64,000 bases of DNA from Carcharhinus amblyrhynchos (GCA_965287045.1 OZ336874.1:65472001-65536000), one strand, 5' to 3'. Shown: positions 47,587 through 62,035, counted from the first letter of the stretch. Numbers and translations are program-made. Notes: generated by a model not told the origin, from the sequence alone.

Positions 47587-49559
47587 GAAGCTCCTCAGAG
47601 TCAAGACTGCAGTAGGTAACCCACTCCGTGAAAGCACAGGCACGTCCTTACAATGCAATTCATGTGGATCACAGTAATAAGATTGCTGATAGGCAAAGGT
47701 ATCACATTCTCACTATACCAACCCTGTACTTTGTAATTTAACACTGCTAAAAAGCTCCGATATCAGGAGAGAATCTCTTCTTCCTCAACAAAGCAAGATC
47801 TGCTGGAACACATAAAGCTCCAGGGAAAGACAGTGATCGTTTTAATACTGAAAGACACATTCTTTGATAAAAGCTTCCTCGTTGTTTATTGAGAGTCCAT
47901 TTCAAATCTTACCACAAGCAGAAGACTGTAATCAAATGTAGCCCCGCGCAGCATATTAGAGGATATTTTTGCCCCCTTACGCACGGGCAAAATTCAAACT
48001 AAATGAGAACAGAAACAGGAGACACAAAACCTATTCAGTGTAAAAAGACTAACAATGCACCACTGATGAGGCAATTTCCATTAGGCGACACTCTGATACC
48101 ATCTGTTTAACTCAGCAACTCAGCCCTTTAAAATTCCCACACAAAATAACAACATTGTTCACTAAATACAAAAAAAATCCCAACTTCATTTTAAAATGTA
48201 TTTTCGGGAGGATCGATTTAATGTCCCCTTTCCCCCAGTTTCATATTACCGCTCTCACATCCATCCTATTGTGAAGACAATTAAAGGCACGGGGACACAC
48301 TGAAAGCAGGGAAGAGCCATTTCCAAAACACTAAGTGCACAAACCTTAACAGCTGGACCTGGCAGTCTGTTAAAGCAGCAGAGAGAATGTCAGAATCAAA
48401 CTTTCTGCTTTCCACTGTGTTACTCTAAAGTGATTATTCCCACGTGTTACTGTGTACTGATCAAAATTCTGGTGATTCATTACAGCAACCAGAGCAAAGA
48501 GAAAGAGCCAACATATTAGGTTATCCACTCTGCAGAGATTCACACACTTAACTGGAATTGCACCCAAATGTTAGAAGGAGTCCAAGTCTTGTTGAAGGCT
48601 CTGAGCCTTTGCTTATTAATGCTTGTAATATGAAATGTTTAATATTTTTCAAATTACACGGTTATAAAATATTTCGATAATTACCAATCTGTGTCGCACA
48701 AGTTTTAAAAAATGCAAGGCTTTTGAAACTAACTGCAGAGCCATTCCAAAAATTATGCCACCTATTTACAATCAAATCCTTTTGTATACTCTTAGTGATC
48801 CTGATCATTAAAAATTGACAGCATTCTCCAATACCTTTTCTGATCGCTGAATTTGCATTCTTTCTTTGTTCCCAGGTGTTAGAAAAGTCTATGGGCATTT
48901 TGTAATTACATCAGTCTGTTGGCAAAAAGTATATATTTTTAAAAAGCCAACACTAATTTAACTAAAAGATATTGCGGTACCACCACCAATCTGATCATTA
49001 GTACTCCAACAGCAGTCATGTGAACACATCAATTATGGGCAAGTGCCAAAAGCTCCAGAGATCCAGCAGATTAACAGGCAATCCTCTGTTTTACAAGCGC
49101 ACATCAAAAGGAATATTAATAAGAGGAGGGGGCGGTGTGAGAGCTTGTCAGGCTGATTCAGCCATGGATGTAAAGCATTTCCTCCAGCCTTTTCCATGAA
49201 ACTATTCCATGAAAGAAATTGGCACCAACTACAAAGTCTATAGCCTCCACCTTTTCAAAAGCACTGTTGCGATCACTGTAACATTTAGGAAAGTAAGAAC
49301 TCTGGAGTTAATTTTGCCCTGCCGTTCTGACAAGCATTTAAGGGCTTTAAAAAACACCAGTCCTACGTCTTCCCGTTTTCATGCTTCCTTCATGAGAACA
49401 TCCAGTTTTAACAACATTTAAAATCCTTTGCGTACTCATTTCAGCCCATAATAATTAAGGTTGTTTCACCTCAAAACATTACAAACAACTCAAGTCATAT
49501 TACACCCTTCACATTACAGCAGAATCTGCAATGAGTATTCTGAAATTCAGATGCCTTAC

Positions 49560-49645
49560 AAAGAGAACAAAGAAAATTACAGCACAGGAATAGGCCCTTC
49601 AGCCCTTCAAGCCTACACTGACCATGCTACCCGACTGAACTAACA
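49560..49645 (-). mobile_element. CR1/HER1-type 3' tail fragment
   Basis: gaacaaagaaaattacagcacaggaataggcccttcagccc; a similar fragment lies at 52500-52545. Confidence 0.6.
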
Positions 49646-49838
49646 TTATTATTTAGTACACTTGGGATAATTTTATCTCATGTGTATTCATAACATCATA
49701 TGCATGAGTATTATTAGTCCCAAGAACACAGCAAACAGGTGTAAAGGCAGTGTGGCACGTTACGTGTTTGCCCCATCTTTAACTGTCAACAATCATTTCA
49801 AATGCAGATTATTTTTAATTTATAGCCTTCAAATCTAC

Positions 49839-50016
49839 CAGTCCAAAGATGTATGGGTTTAGGTTGATTGGCCACAGTAAATTGTCCCTTAGTCTCAAAG
49901 GGAATCAGCAAGATAAATGCCTGGGATTACAGGGATGGGGCCTGGGTGGGATTGCTGTCGGTACAGGCTCGATGGGCCGCATGGCCTCCTTTTACACCAT
50001 ACGGATTCTATGATTC
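49839..50016 (+). mobile_element. HE1-type SINE, 3' half
   Basis: cagtccaaagatgtatgggtttaggttgattggcc...gggcctgggtgggattg...gattctatgattc. Confidence 0.88.
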
Positions 50017-52100
50017 AGACCATTGGCGTGGCCCAATATAAGCTTTGAATACAGTATTACCAAAACCTCTGGAAATCTATTACTGTCGCCGAGTGTGCCC
50101 AGCAGGACACTACACTATTGTGAGTTTTTCCCTGCCCCTTAAATCCGAGTGCTAATACAGCTCTAATGACCTGCACTGCAACACTTGCACTGCACAGTTA
50201 CCTCCTGATTTTAATTCATTGCAGGAGACTTACAAGGTCAATGGCATCAGTCAGCATTAGACATGCAGAGATTTTAAGAGGCCTGGAATGTTCTGCATAG
50301 AAAAGAATAAACTGTAACCAAAGGCTGAGGATTAAAGGAAGGAACAATTTTTTTTAAAAATGAAGTGCGTTATTTTTCACAGCATATAGTTAAAGAAGCA
50401 TTTTCAAAATCAAACCCTAGCATTTTACATATAAGGGTGTGTTTCAACAGAAAAACAATGCAAATTTTTCTCTGTAATTAACAATCACATTCACAAAAAT
50501 TACACGTCTCAAAGTAGTGAAGCCTCAATTTTCATTAGCAGGTCACTAATTGTACAGAAAAAAAATAGGCAATCTCCTGTTTTTTATTGAAAGATAAATG
50601 CCATCTCCTCCCCACCCCCTCTATGGAGGCAGATGATAATCTCTAGATCCAGTCTGCTCAATACCAGCAAGCATTTACATTAGGCTCGCTGCAGACCAAT
50701 ATTCAAATAGGGGTAAAAATGTGGCCGACAGTGTTGTTTAGTCCCCGTCTAGTAGATGGTTCTGGTATCTGTAATTAACATATGGATGCAATCTTCACAT
50801 TCACTCAATTAGTCACAGACGTTGTGGGTAAGCTGAGAAAGCAAATACAGCTCGTCACCAGGATTTACAACCACAGGCAGCAGCACACAATAAGCTCAAT
50901 TCTTCCTATTATACATGCACAGCCAGTAAGTGCAAACCAATTTTTTTCTCCCTCCATCTCCTAAATGAGCACGGGTTCTGCATAAAACCTTTAAGCAATG
51001 CTCACTGTCAGAGAAAGGAATGAATCCAGAACAATAATGCCTTTCATGGCAACTGTACTCAGCACAATTAGTCCAACCAGTTTTATGTTTCCTTTAAGCT
51101 GTAGAGGTGCAGCAAAGCAAATGATACACTCATGCCACAAAAAGGAACTAAATGTCACCCAGCACGGCAGTAAGAGATGAAAGTGCACATTTAAAAAACC
51201 AACACCCACTGTAGTTTATTCCATAAGTGATTGTTCTGAAAGATGGTTCACAGAGAAAGGGAGCTCCTCTACCCCACATTAATTTTCTCCCCTCCTCCAC
51301 GGAACCTACTGACTCAGGCAGGATTACAGTTCTATACTTCTCAAGTACTCATTGTTCATCCAGATACTTAGCAACAGCAACCTATTTCAACAAGAGGGCA
51401 CCACTGTTGAACCTGGTCAACGTACAATGTCCACGAATCTACACTCATTGGTGGGCTGAGGGAGTGGGAGTGGGGTTGCATAGCATCAATTTATTGCTGT
51501 CAGAGGTAGAAGCTGTGGGTGATTTCCCTTAGTCAGGGAACATTGAAGGGAACTGTAACTATACCCCTGTCCTTTGAACCACCATCCCAGCTTAAATCAG
51601 TTAATTCAGCATAGACCAGAGACTCCCTGATCTGTACAGCTGAGTTCTATGGCTCCTATTAGCCCACTGAGGCTAAAGGGAGTTCCTCTTAATCATATCT
51701 GCATTTTTTTCCTGGTTCTACAAATATGCTTGCCTATCACCAGCCAAAGCTTTTTAAAATATTAACACATTTAAAAAATAAAGTACAGCAAAAGGAAAGC
51801 CCAATAATGTGGAAAAGCTATAACTGATATAATGCAATGCAATCACTGGTTACAAGGCCTCTTATGACACCACTGCCTTCTGAACAACAAAATGTCTTCC
51901 TTTTGTTCCTAATTTTGACTAAATGTTCCTGAACAGCAATCATTGATGTAGCTTGAGGAAGTGTTAAGTGCAGTATAATGTCCAATATTTGATCATGGCA
52001 GACTGCCAGAACAGGTCTTGCAACATATCACACAGCCTATTTTGTGACTAATAGTGCTTAATACTGTTCTTACTGGTTGTGCTGAGTCAATACGGTCCCT

Positions 52101-52415
52101 GACACGGCAGCACAGTGGTTAGCACTATTGCCTCACAGCGCCAGGGACCCAGGTTCAATTCTGACCTCAGGTCATTGTCTGTGTGGAGTTTGCACATTCG
52201 CCCATGTCTGCATGGATTTCCTCCGGGTGCTCCAGTCTCCCCCAACACTCCAAAGATGTGGGGTTAGGTGGATTGGCCGTGCTAAATTGCCCCTAGTGTC
52301 AGAGGCTAGCAAGATAAATATGTGGGTTTACGGGGATAGGGCCTGAGTGGGATTGTGATTGGTACATACTCAATGGGCTGAATGGCCTCCTTCTGCATTG
52401 TAGGGATTCTATGAT
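52101..52415 (+). mobile_element. HE1-type V-SINE
   Basis: cacggcagcacagtggttagcact...ggttcaattc...V-domain...gggattctatgatt. Confidence 0.92.
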
Positions 52416-53991
52416 TGACTGGATGAGTGTTGGGCAGGTCCTGGGTGATTGGTATTGTTTAGAATTGAATCACACTGCTACAATGGAATTTTAGATAATG
52501 AACAAAGAACAATCCAGCACGGGAAACAGGCCCTTCGGCCCAACGACCCCGCGCCGCCGCATCACCCTACACCTATTCTACCCTGCTGCTATCCTGTTTC
52601 AGCTTCAAGGGTTGGGGAAACAATCAAACCCTCTCTTCTTGACCTTATAATAATTTTCTGGTTCTTTTACTGCAGGCAGCAATGAAGATACACATTCACC
52701 AAAAGCACAAAATAGAAGTGACTTTTGACATCGTTGTTAGCTTCCCCCTCATCCTGTGTGATTTCAGCCTCCTGGCTATGGAGGTGCAGGAGAAACATAA
52801 TAGCATATAAAAAGTGAAGGGTTCATAATTTTTTTGCATTCATCACAACAGTAATTTAACTCATCTAAAAGTGTCCAAAATGAAGCTCTGCAGATACAAA
52901 TGACAGAGTCCACAAAGTAACAGTTCCATTTTTAAGGGCCAACTTATATGTTTGGAGATTGACATAGACGATATAACCAATAAAACGGAAATAATCATCA
53001 CAGAACAAAGCACTGTCTGGGCTCCTTCAGTAAATGACAAGTGTCAACTTCTTTATCCCATTGGCAAGGATATAAAATGTACAATTCGCTTGCCATCTAA
53101 AATTTAGGGTGGCAGGTTTATTTTACAGAAGTGAAGAGAAACGAGGCTTCACAATGCTTGAAGGTGACACCAGAGATAGATTTCTGGGCGATGAAAATCC
53201 CCTTATCCCCCCCAGCCCAAGACTGGAGGCTCCATTTACCTCCCTAGCATGTGGTCATTTTCAGAAGTAAAATGGCTGCCAAAAGCTGATGTGCTCTGCA
53301 GTTGCACCGCATGAATTGTCCCCCAAACCCTTCTTAGCCAAATAAAATTCAACACCTGATAAAGGAAACACTTTGTTCTCAGTGAGGTCTTTGACTCTTC
53401 AGAATAAGATAATCCATCACCTCTGGGATCAATCACCTTATTTTAGCAAAGAAGTGGAGCCAATTTAAAGACCTCAGTGGGATACACAACTGCTCTCTGC
53501 TGTGTCATACCAAGGATACAAAAAACAGAGCAAGCTTGAGAACTTGCCCTCCTACATCCTTAGCATGGGGTTAGGAAATCTACCCAGATCCTCTTTACTA
53601 AAACTCAAAAGCCACATCAAACGGGCAGAGTCCCACCATAGTCAGGTTCTACCCCATATTCTTGGAGGCCTCCCAAATGAAAATCAGGTTTTCTATCCTC
53701 CCTGCGTCGGAATTGGCCTATATGGGACGATGGACCAGACTGTCTGATCCTACCCACAGCTGGGATTCTCTGGTTCCATGACAATGAATGGAGGTTTGAC
53801 TGAGCACCAGGCACACCTATCTGGGGAATTCCACCCTAAGTCCAGTAGCGGGGACATGAACAGGGGCGGGAGGGTTGGTGTTTCCCACTGTGTGGACTGT
53901 GGTCCAGGATTGCTTACAGCTTCCCCCTCAAACTCAGGAGGCAGCCCCAGGCATTGTTTGAGTTCCTGTCTTCTGCACGCCATGTTGTTCC

Positions 53992-54580
53992 ATGTTGTTT
54001 GCCAACACTACAGTTAGGAAAGCCCACCAACGCCTCAACTTTTTCAGGAGGCTAAGGAAATTTGGTATATCAGCTATGACTCTCACCTACTTTTACAGAT
54101 GCATCATAGAAAGCATCCTTTCTGGTTGTATCACAACTTGGTATGGCTCTTGCTCTGCTCAAGACCATAAGAAACTGCAAAACGTCATGAGTGAGGCCCA
54201 GTCCATCACTAAAACCAGCCTTCCATCCATTGACTCTGTCTACACTTCCTGCTGCCTCGGCAAAGTAGCCAGCATAATTAAGGACTCCAAACACCACGGT
54301 CATTCTCTCTTCCACCTTCTTCCTTCGGGAAAAAGATACAAAAGTCTGAGGTCATATACCAATCATTCAAGAACAGCTTCTTCCCTCCTATTGTCAGACT
54401 TTTGAATGGACCTACCTTGCATTAAGTTGATCTTCTTCTACACCCTAGCTATGACTGTAACACTAAATTCTGCACTCTCTCCTTTTCTTCTCAATGAAAA
54501 GTATGCTTTGTCTGTATAGCGTGCAAGAAGCAATACTTTTCACTGTATACTAATACGTGTGACAATAATAAATCAAATCA
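53992..54580 (+). mobile_element. Rex1/Babar LINE, 5'-truncated: RT C-terminus, 3'UTR and (AATCA)n tail
   Basis: ORF 53992-54405 contains KAHQRLNFFRRLRKFG...FYRCIIESILSGCITTWYGSCSAQDHKKLQ and HSLFHLLPSGKRYKS, characteristic of Rex1/Babar elements. Confidence 0.93.
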
Positions 54581-54813
54581 GCGTGTTGTGAACGCGTATG
54601 TTTTCCTTCTGGCAATGTGAAAAATTGGGTATCGGTGGAAGATTCCGGTTGGGCCTTCATCACTAATGGGACACAAATTATTTTCACGCAAGCCTCCAAG
54701 AAGGTTTCATTATCCATTACGGCAAACACCAGGCGAAGATCCCATGTGAAATTCATGCCGGAATAAAACCAATTTTTGGACTCCTGTTGAATTCTACCCC
54801 CCTCCCCATCCAC

Positions 54814-54946
54814 NNNNNNNNNNNNNNNNNNNNNNNNNNNNNNNNNNNNNNNNNNNNNNNNNNNNNNNNNNNNNNNNNNNNNNNNNNNNNNNNNNNNNNN
54901 NNNNNNNNNNNNNNNNNNNNNNNNNNNNNNNNNNNNNNNNNNNNNN
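54814..54946. other. Assembly gap, 133 N
   Basis: Run of N, adjacent to a C-rich tract inside MITE-like sequence. Confidence 1.
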
Positions 54947-57900
54947 ATGCCATGGAAGAATTCTAACCTGGCACTTTCTGGGGCCAGGTGTATGGGTGGG
55001 CACTGGAGGCTGGATGGAAAATGAATAAGCTTGGATTTCTCAATGCGAAACGCAGAGCTTCATTGTATATTCACCTCCTCCTTTCCCTCTAATGGTAGCA
55101 ACAGGACTACCAATCAAGTGTCATCTGCACAGTTTAATTCAATGTCATTCCACTCAATTGACAATGGGTCTTGGTGCAAACAAAATGCAACCACAAATAA
55201 AACTCTGCGCAATATTGAAGGTCATGTCAAAAGAAGTATTGTTTACACATGTAGCATTCAAATTGTATAATGCAGCTTAGATAGACACTACATTGATTTG
55301 CAACATCAACAATACTACGGTGTAATATTGATGAGGCTTTACCACTGGAAAAATACATTTCATTCCAATTAACCATAAAACCATCAAAGGGAGAGCAGTG
55401 TAGCAGTAGTTTGAGTGTTGCAAAATGCTCAGCAGTGATTCACAATACAAATTAATGCTTGCATATGGTAATTAAGGCACTGATTTATGGCTGTGTATGC
55501 TTAGTGCAACCAATTACAAAATGCAAAGCTTCAGAGGCGCTAATAATACAGGAGAAAGCATACAGCAAGGAATGATGTTAGTGATTCCTCGCAGGAAATG
55601 CATTCCAGTCTCTGAAGTGTCCTTAGATTCAAACTCCCCTCCCTTCCCCCAAACCAGTAAATAAAAAGGAATTACATAGATGTAAGGCTCAAGTATTCAA
55701 CGTGACTGCACAGTTTAGATTTTGATGCACGTTTGTACGGTTTCAGAATTTACAGTTCATTTTTAATGACCTCACATATCATCGCCAATCTCAGGATCTG
55801 TCCACCTGACGGAACAAAATGATCACATGGCATACATCACAGTCTGGTCTAACAGCTATTCACAAAACGTCAAGCATGGCAAATTCATCGCCTCAGATCC
55901 TAACTACCCATTAACACGGGTCACTAATTAATTAGGGTGCTGAAACAATGGCAGATTTACAGCATATAATGTTTTTCTCACTCAAAAAGAAAGTTCAAAT
56001 CACAACTCAAGGATTTACTTTGATTTCCTGGAGTGTTTCTCTAGCCCCCCTCCCTCCCTACCCTCACTCTGCTCCACAGTGGATGTAAACCTACTCTGCC
56101 AACAACTGGTGCCCAATAGTTAGAAGCAGTCCAGTTTCTGGAAAACACCCCCCCTCCCCCACCCCCGCAAGGTACTCCGCCATTGCCCATCCCCCACCCT
56201 TTGTTCTCCTGAAAGCATTCACTGTGGTCAGCGGTAAACTGCCCTCACCCGTCAAGAGTGCATTTTGCCTCCTGTTCTGACTGGGGTGCAGGGAGGAAGG
56301 GGCACAGATTGCAGGCAGTGTGAACAAAAATAAGAAACTACCATTGCATTGCAAGCCCAATCACAGCTCAAACTCTTTCTCCTTCTCACCCCCATTTCGA
56401 ACAACATTTGGCTAACAGATCGGACCTTCTCTCCATAAACAAATGCTTTGCTCTACAATTAAACCATTCATGTGCTTTCCTCCCATTGGCCATCCGCCAA
56501 CTGCAAGCTCATAGGCTCTATTATAATTGAGTGTGGTTAAAAAGGCAATAAAACACATTTCAGCTTCATATGACTACAATGTGATAAGAGCAGCAGCATC
56601 AGGATCAAGCTGACAGGGTAATGACCGCAATTGTGTTGATTACTTAACCTTTTGCCCTCCGACCACCTTTTTGACCAAGACTCCCACTTCTTAAGAAATA
56701 TCAACTCGAGAGAGAGGGGGAGAGAGAGATAGACGGAAGGAATAATATTCCAAGTCACCACCTTTCTAAATATCCATATGGTTACCAGCATATTGTTCTA
56801 GCCCATGAGTTAGTGAATATGCAGCAGTAAAGTGTATTATCCACAGCAGGTTTTACAATTTGCTCTTGAATATCTGTAAGCAAAATAACAACCTGACATT
56901 GCTGCATATTTAAAACAGAAATTTATGCTTTAAATATATGCATCTAAAATGCTGGGATAATATTGGCAGCAATATATTTTGGTAAGTATCCGGTTTAATG
57001 ATTTTGAACTTCAAAATTCTACGATATCACCTTCCATAAATGTAAAATAATCGAAGATTTTGCCACTTGTGTTGCTAGCAACATTCAGGGTGGTATCCTG
57101 AAGGAGAGTACTACCCATTGTGGTATCCTCCTTCAGCACAGCTTCCTCCAAAGTCTCCCTTCATTGATAATCTGCCCGTGCAAACCCCTGCCACCGCCTA
57201 CCCCCATTTGCCCCTCTATTGGGAACCATACCTTCAACCCACTGCATGCTCAGCATTTCCCTCCCTTACCTATTACACAGCATAATGCATTGATGTAGTC
57301 AATGTTTTCTTGCTGCAAACATTATATTCAGCCCAGAAAGATAAATAAGCTGCAGTGCTGTGGTAATCTTGCACAAAACATTTCTCAATCCCAGGCAACA
57401 CCCCTGAGGCACATTGTGCATTCTGCTGCCCTGGACCCTTGAATGTTTACACTACTCATATTTTATGAATGCATTGTGCAGGAGCTGTAAACAGCAAAGC
57501 CAATGACAGTAAAGGAGATGGCATTGGGAAGCAAAAAACTGACAACCTTGAAGAGCCAGAGGCGATTCGAGTGCCCTGGGATTGGAATTAAAAATGTTAC
57601 ACTAATCACACATGACTTCTCCCATTACAGAATAATAATAACTCCCGTTTCTTTTGCTTTGGGTATTTTTAGTCAAATGAAATATGTCGTCCATTTATCT
57701 CCTGATGAAACCAAGTGAGCTTTCACTGCCCAAGTCCCAATTTTAAAAACACAATCTCATCTTTACCAATACAGGTCTCCCCTGGCTTTTCAGCACCACA
57801 AACATTTTACTACTGAAACTGCATAATTGTAATGTTTATCTGTGCTCAAGCTGCCAGAGTTCCTGCACACCAACTGCACAATTAATTTGACAAAATTTTA

Positions 57901-60900
57901 TTCATTGTTTAGGATTCCATTCTTTGAAGTTTAATTTCTATAAAATTCAGAATGAAGCAGAGATTTTGCAGTGCCTGAAAAGCATGTTAGAACACTACTA
58001 CGTAGATACTCATCTGCTGATTTTCCAGTAGCAAACAAAACCACTAACTACAAAAAAGTTTGTCCAACAGCATTAACACTCAAATAGCTATGCCAGTTTC
58101 CCAGTCAATCAAACATCTCTACACCACTGTAATATAAGAGTCTGGTATACAAGACACCAATTATTTCTGTTACTACTTTTGCCACATTCGCTTTGCAGAA
58201 CTGTGCTTTTATTTAAAACAAAACTGGACGCAGGCCTTTTGAAACCAGAATATTACTAATTTCCTCGATAAAGGGCTTCAGTGCTAACATTAAAATTCTC
58301 TACTGGCACTGGCTGTCTTTGTGCGAATCTTGTGCTACAATAGTGTGCCGTTACTTTATTCACTGGGAAGTAGAACAGGTTCCTTTGTGCATTAGTCACA
58401 TATTATTTTAAAACAGGAGATTGGCTAGTGAAAGATCAAGGCTGTGAGGATAAAAATGGGAGAGAGGGATGGGTCTTTCTAAGCACTTCTGACATTGCCT
58501 TACAAAGGCAAGATTGTCCAAAACTGACGAGTGCAGGACAAAGAAGGAATCTACTTTCCAAGTCAGGAGAGGAGGCCGGATTTGTTTATTTAAAATGAAT
58601 GTACGAAGACGATTAATCTAATAAGAGTTACCGTCAGGATTAAAAGTACACAGGCAATCCCCAAGATACAAAGGCCAAAAGAGGCAGCAGAGAATGCAAG
58701 GAGAGTTCTTACAGAGGAAACAGATTGTGTAGGATAATATAGTGATGGTGTAATGGAAACAGCTGCTTGCTTTATACTCCCGTGTCTGGCATCTGCTACA
58801 GCATCATGGGAAAGGTTGGTTCAGGATCTCAACAGCAAATGTAAATTCAGACAACTAGCCAAACAGCAGGATGCAGAATGTGCACAAAGAGTGGGACAAA
58901 ATCTTTAGAAACACTGTGGAAGAGCGAGGAAACAAATTCCAGCAGTGCTTGATGCAACTGACAGGCTGTGGATTTCAATGAAATGTCCCGTTTGGTCTGG
59001 GTTTGTATCTGGGCATTAACAGGCAATAATTATCACTATTAAATATACAGCAGAGTGCCCAGAGACTTTACTACTGCATCTGTGGTGTATTACCTCTCTG
59101 CCTTTATACTGACTGTACAGGCCTGAATAAGGATTTCATTAAATGCTTCACCTGTCAATGCAAATCTACTTAGTCAATATTCAGCGCTAAATGCACCATA
59201 TGTGAAAACTTCAGGAGAAAGTTGAGAAAAAATAAATACACTCCTTGATAAAGCTAAGCCAGTATATGACCATCTGCTTCAATTACAGCACTCAGATTAG
59301 GGGAACAAAATAGTCATCAAGATGTTTCCAAGACAAACCTGTTCTCTTTGAGGAAACACCTCCCACAATCAAGAAAAGGATTTTGCAGTCTTTTGTTCGC
59401 TGAAAATATACACTCATTGTTCAAAGTCAGCTTATCTCAACATCTGAAAAGTTGTTTCACTTCAAAGAGTTTAATTGTCTTTGGTTTATTTAATAAAGAA
59501 TAAATCATGAACTAGAAATGTGAGAAATTGAACAGTAGAGACCCGGGTGTGTTATTTTGCATGGAATATCTTTCAGAAGGTAACATAAACAATTGCTGAG
59601 TTCTTAGCGTTACCTCTACACATAACAAAATTCACCATACTTACATCCAAATTAAATAGACTTTGCAGAGGCGAGGGATAATAATGCAGTTCCATTCTAC
59701 CCAGTTACCAAGGGACCAGTAAACATTCTGTCCCCTTCAGAACAAAGCAACTTAAAAATGTAGACAACCGTATGACAATGGCAAAATCAGAGTGCATCCT
59801 ACATCCTGTTTTCCAGTAACTAAAGTCTTTTTTGAATACATTTTCATTGTTTTTATGCATGTTTTTATGCATGATGAAAGAAATGTTTCATTTCTAAACC
59901 AGCATTTTACAATTGTAAAGTGCCAGAAAAAAAAATTGAACAATTTAGTCAAAAGCTAGGACTGATACAATTCACATCCCCGCTAAACCTACTAATGGAA
60001 CAGCAATCCTGACATGTGACCCCAGAGAAATACATCACCCCTCCCCTCACGAATTTGCTTTCAGCTCTCAAAAAATGATACAAACAGCCCTATTGTCAGC
60101 CAATCCACATTTAATCCATGCATTAATGTCTGAATAGTTTTACAACCTTTCATTCAAATGCAAAGGCTTTGTTCAACTTGCCAAGACCATTTAGTTTGGA
60201 TTAAAGGGAAAAAAGCAACAGACACACTGTACTAAAAACCATCACAGACACAAAGCAGCCTTTGGTATTACTGCTGTCCTTCTCCTTTAATACCCTTTAG
60301 TGGCAAATTATCGCTTGGCCTGATCTTCTGTTCTTCACTAACAAAGGTTATCCAATTTGAAGATCTCGCCCCAGTTAATGTTCCAAGCTGCTGAATTAAA
60401 ATGCTGGTTCAAGCATCTATTTAACCTGCTGAATACGCGGTTTGCGCACATTTTCCACAATGCTTAAATTGAGTTCCCTTTAAAAATAGGATTTGTGAAT
60501 TTCAGCTGGTCAAAAGCACACACGCACAGTGCTTCATCCCAGTGTTTTCATTCCCCATACAAAAAGTCTCAGTGTGGAAGAAAGGGACAGAAGGAAAATG
60601 TGCAACCTACCACAGCACACATTTCTAAAGGCCCCCAGCAATTTCATCATTTATTTTTAGGGAAAAATAGAACTTGTCCATTTGATATAAACTGAAATAC
60701 TGTAAATCAGAGAAAATGCACACTTCAGTGATGTAATAGCGAAAGTTGGCTTTGACATTTTAATAGATTACTATGCTTGTGCTTGAAAACTTGGCAGCTT
60801 TTATTTTACTTATGGAGACAAGCACTGTACATACAGGTACTCTCAGCCTTTTGGCTTTCTATAGGGATTGGAGAGCCTGTGTTTGACAGCGTTTATCTGA

Positions 60901-61859
60901 ACTCAAGGACGAGCTTTATGCTTAGCTGGCTGCAAGATTTGATTACACAGATGGATTTCCTATCTCACTTCCACACTACTTCATTTTGGATCCTGTGCTG
61001 AACAAAAACTCTGCAATCAGGGTCATCTTCTGCTGCTGACAAGTAACAGATTCCACTGAGAGTGAAAACACACTCAAAATGAAAAAGAAACAAATGTGAA
61101 ACTCCTAATCGCTTCCCTTTGTTTACCCAAATATTTCTACAAATGTTGGTTACTCTGAAAAATCATTACACAAGACAAAACACAGGAAACTTCAAATCTT
61201 TCCCGATCTAACAGACAAAGTAGACTGTAGCCATTGTACTGTTGTTGGCGTAACAGAATTATTTTTGCTTTGTGAAAAACACACAAGGGTGCAGATGACA
61301 AAACTGACCTGCAATCTCTTGTTCCAAGCGACACAACCCACCACAAGAAAATCTTTCCTAAAATGATCGACCATAAATTGAAATTAAGAATGTCATTGCT
61401 GTGGTTTGACATCCATATGAAAACACACCATTATGCTTCTAATTACCTTGACCCACATGGGAAAAGCAGGAATGCATTATGCTCTAATGATCACAACTAG
61501 AGGTCCTGCCTTTTCTTTTGCAAGGAACAGGGAAGATCCTCCCTGCAGCTTCACTATTAACATGTCTGTTTCCTGTCAGCCCACTCAGAGATAATGTCAT
61601 TTATCTTGGAGCGGCACAAGACCAGTCATTAGCCTCAATAAAAAGACCTCGAACAAAGAACAGTGATTGTTATCCATTGCTCAGAGTCTGCGGCCAAAAA
61701 ACTAATTTCTTTGGGGGAAGGGGGCCTGGAGACATTGCACTGAAGTACTGCTTGCATGCACACCAACCCAGAAGCAAGTCTCTCTTAACTATTGTAGATG
61801 ATTTAGGTAAGCACGTAAAGCACCGGCTTTAAATACTTCAACAATTAATGGAATTTAAT

Positions 61860-62035
61860 TTTAAACAGAAATGGTAAAAGCAGGAAACATCCAGCAGGTC
61901 AGTGAAACAGACCAGTCAGCTTTCTGTGAAGGGTCCAGACCTAAAACATTAATTTGCCTGTTCTTTCCACAGATGCTAAGTTTTTTTTCCAACATTGTTC
62001 CTGCTTCTGTTTTGGATTTCCAGCGTCTGCCATTT
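61860..62035. mobile_element. Penelope-derived element, degraded
   Basis: gcaggaaacatccagcaggtcag ... ctgtgaagggtccagacctaaaacatta ... ccacagatgct...ggatttccagcgtctgc; same architecture as 37375-37667. Confidence 0.6.

Noticed and set aside
16790-52346. Recurrent peptides such as GHCLCGVCTFSPCL and PQSKDVRVRLIGHAKL that look like a gene family
   Set aside because: They are translations of the HE1 SINE V-domain, not genes.
53992-54405. 137-aa ORF as a host gene
   Set aside because: It is a 5'-truncated Rex1/Babar RT C-terminus followed by the element's 3'UTR and tail.
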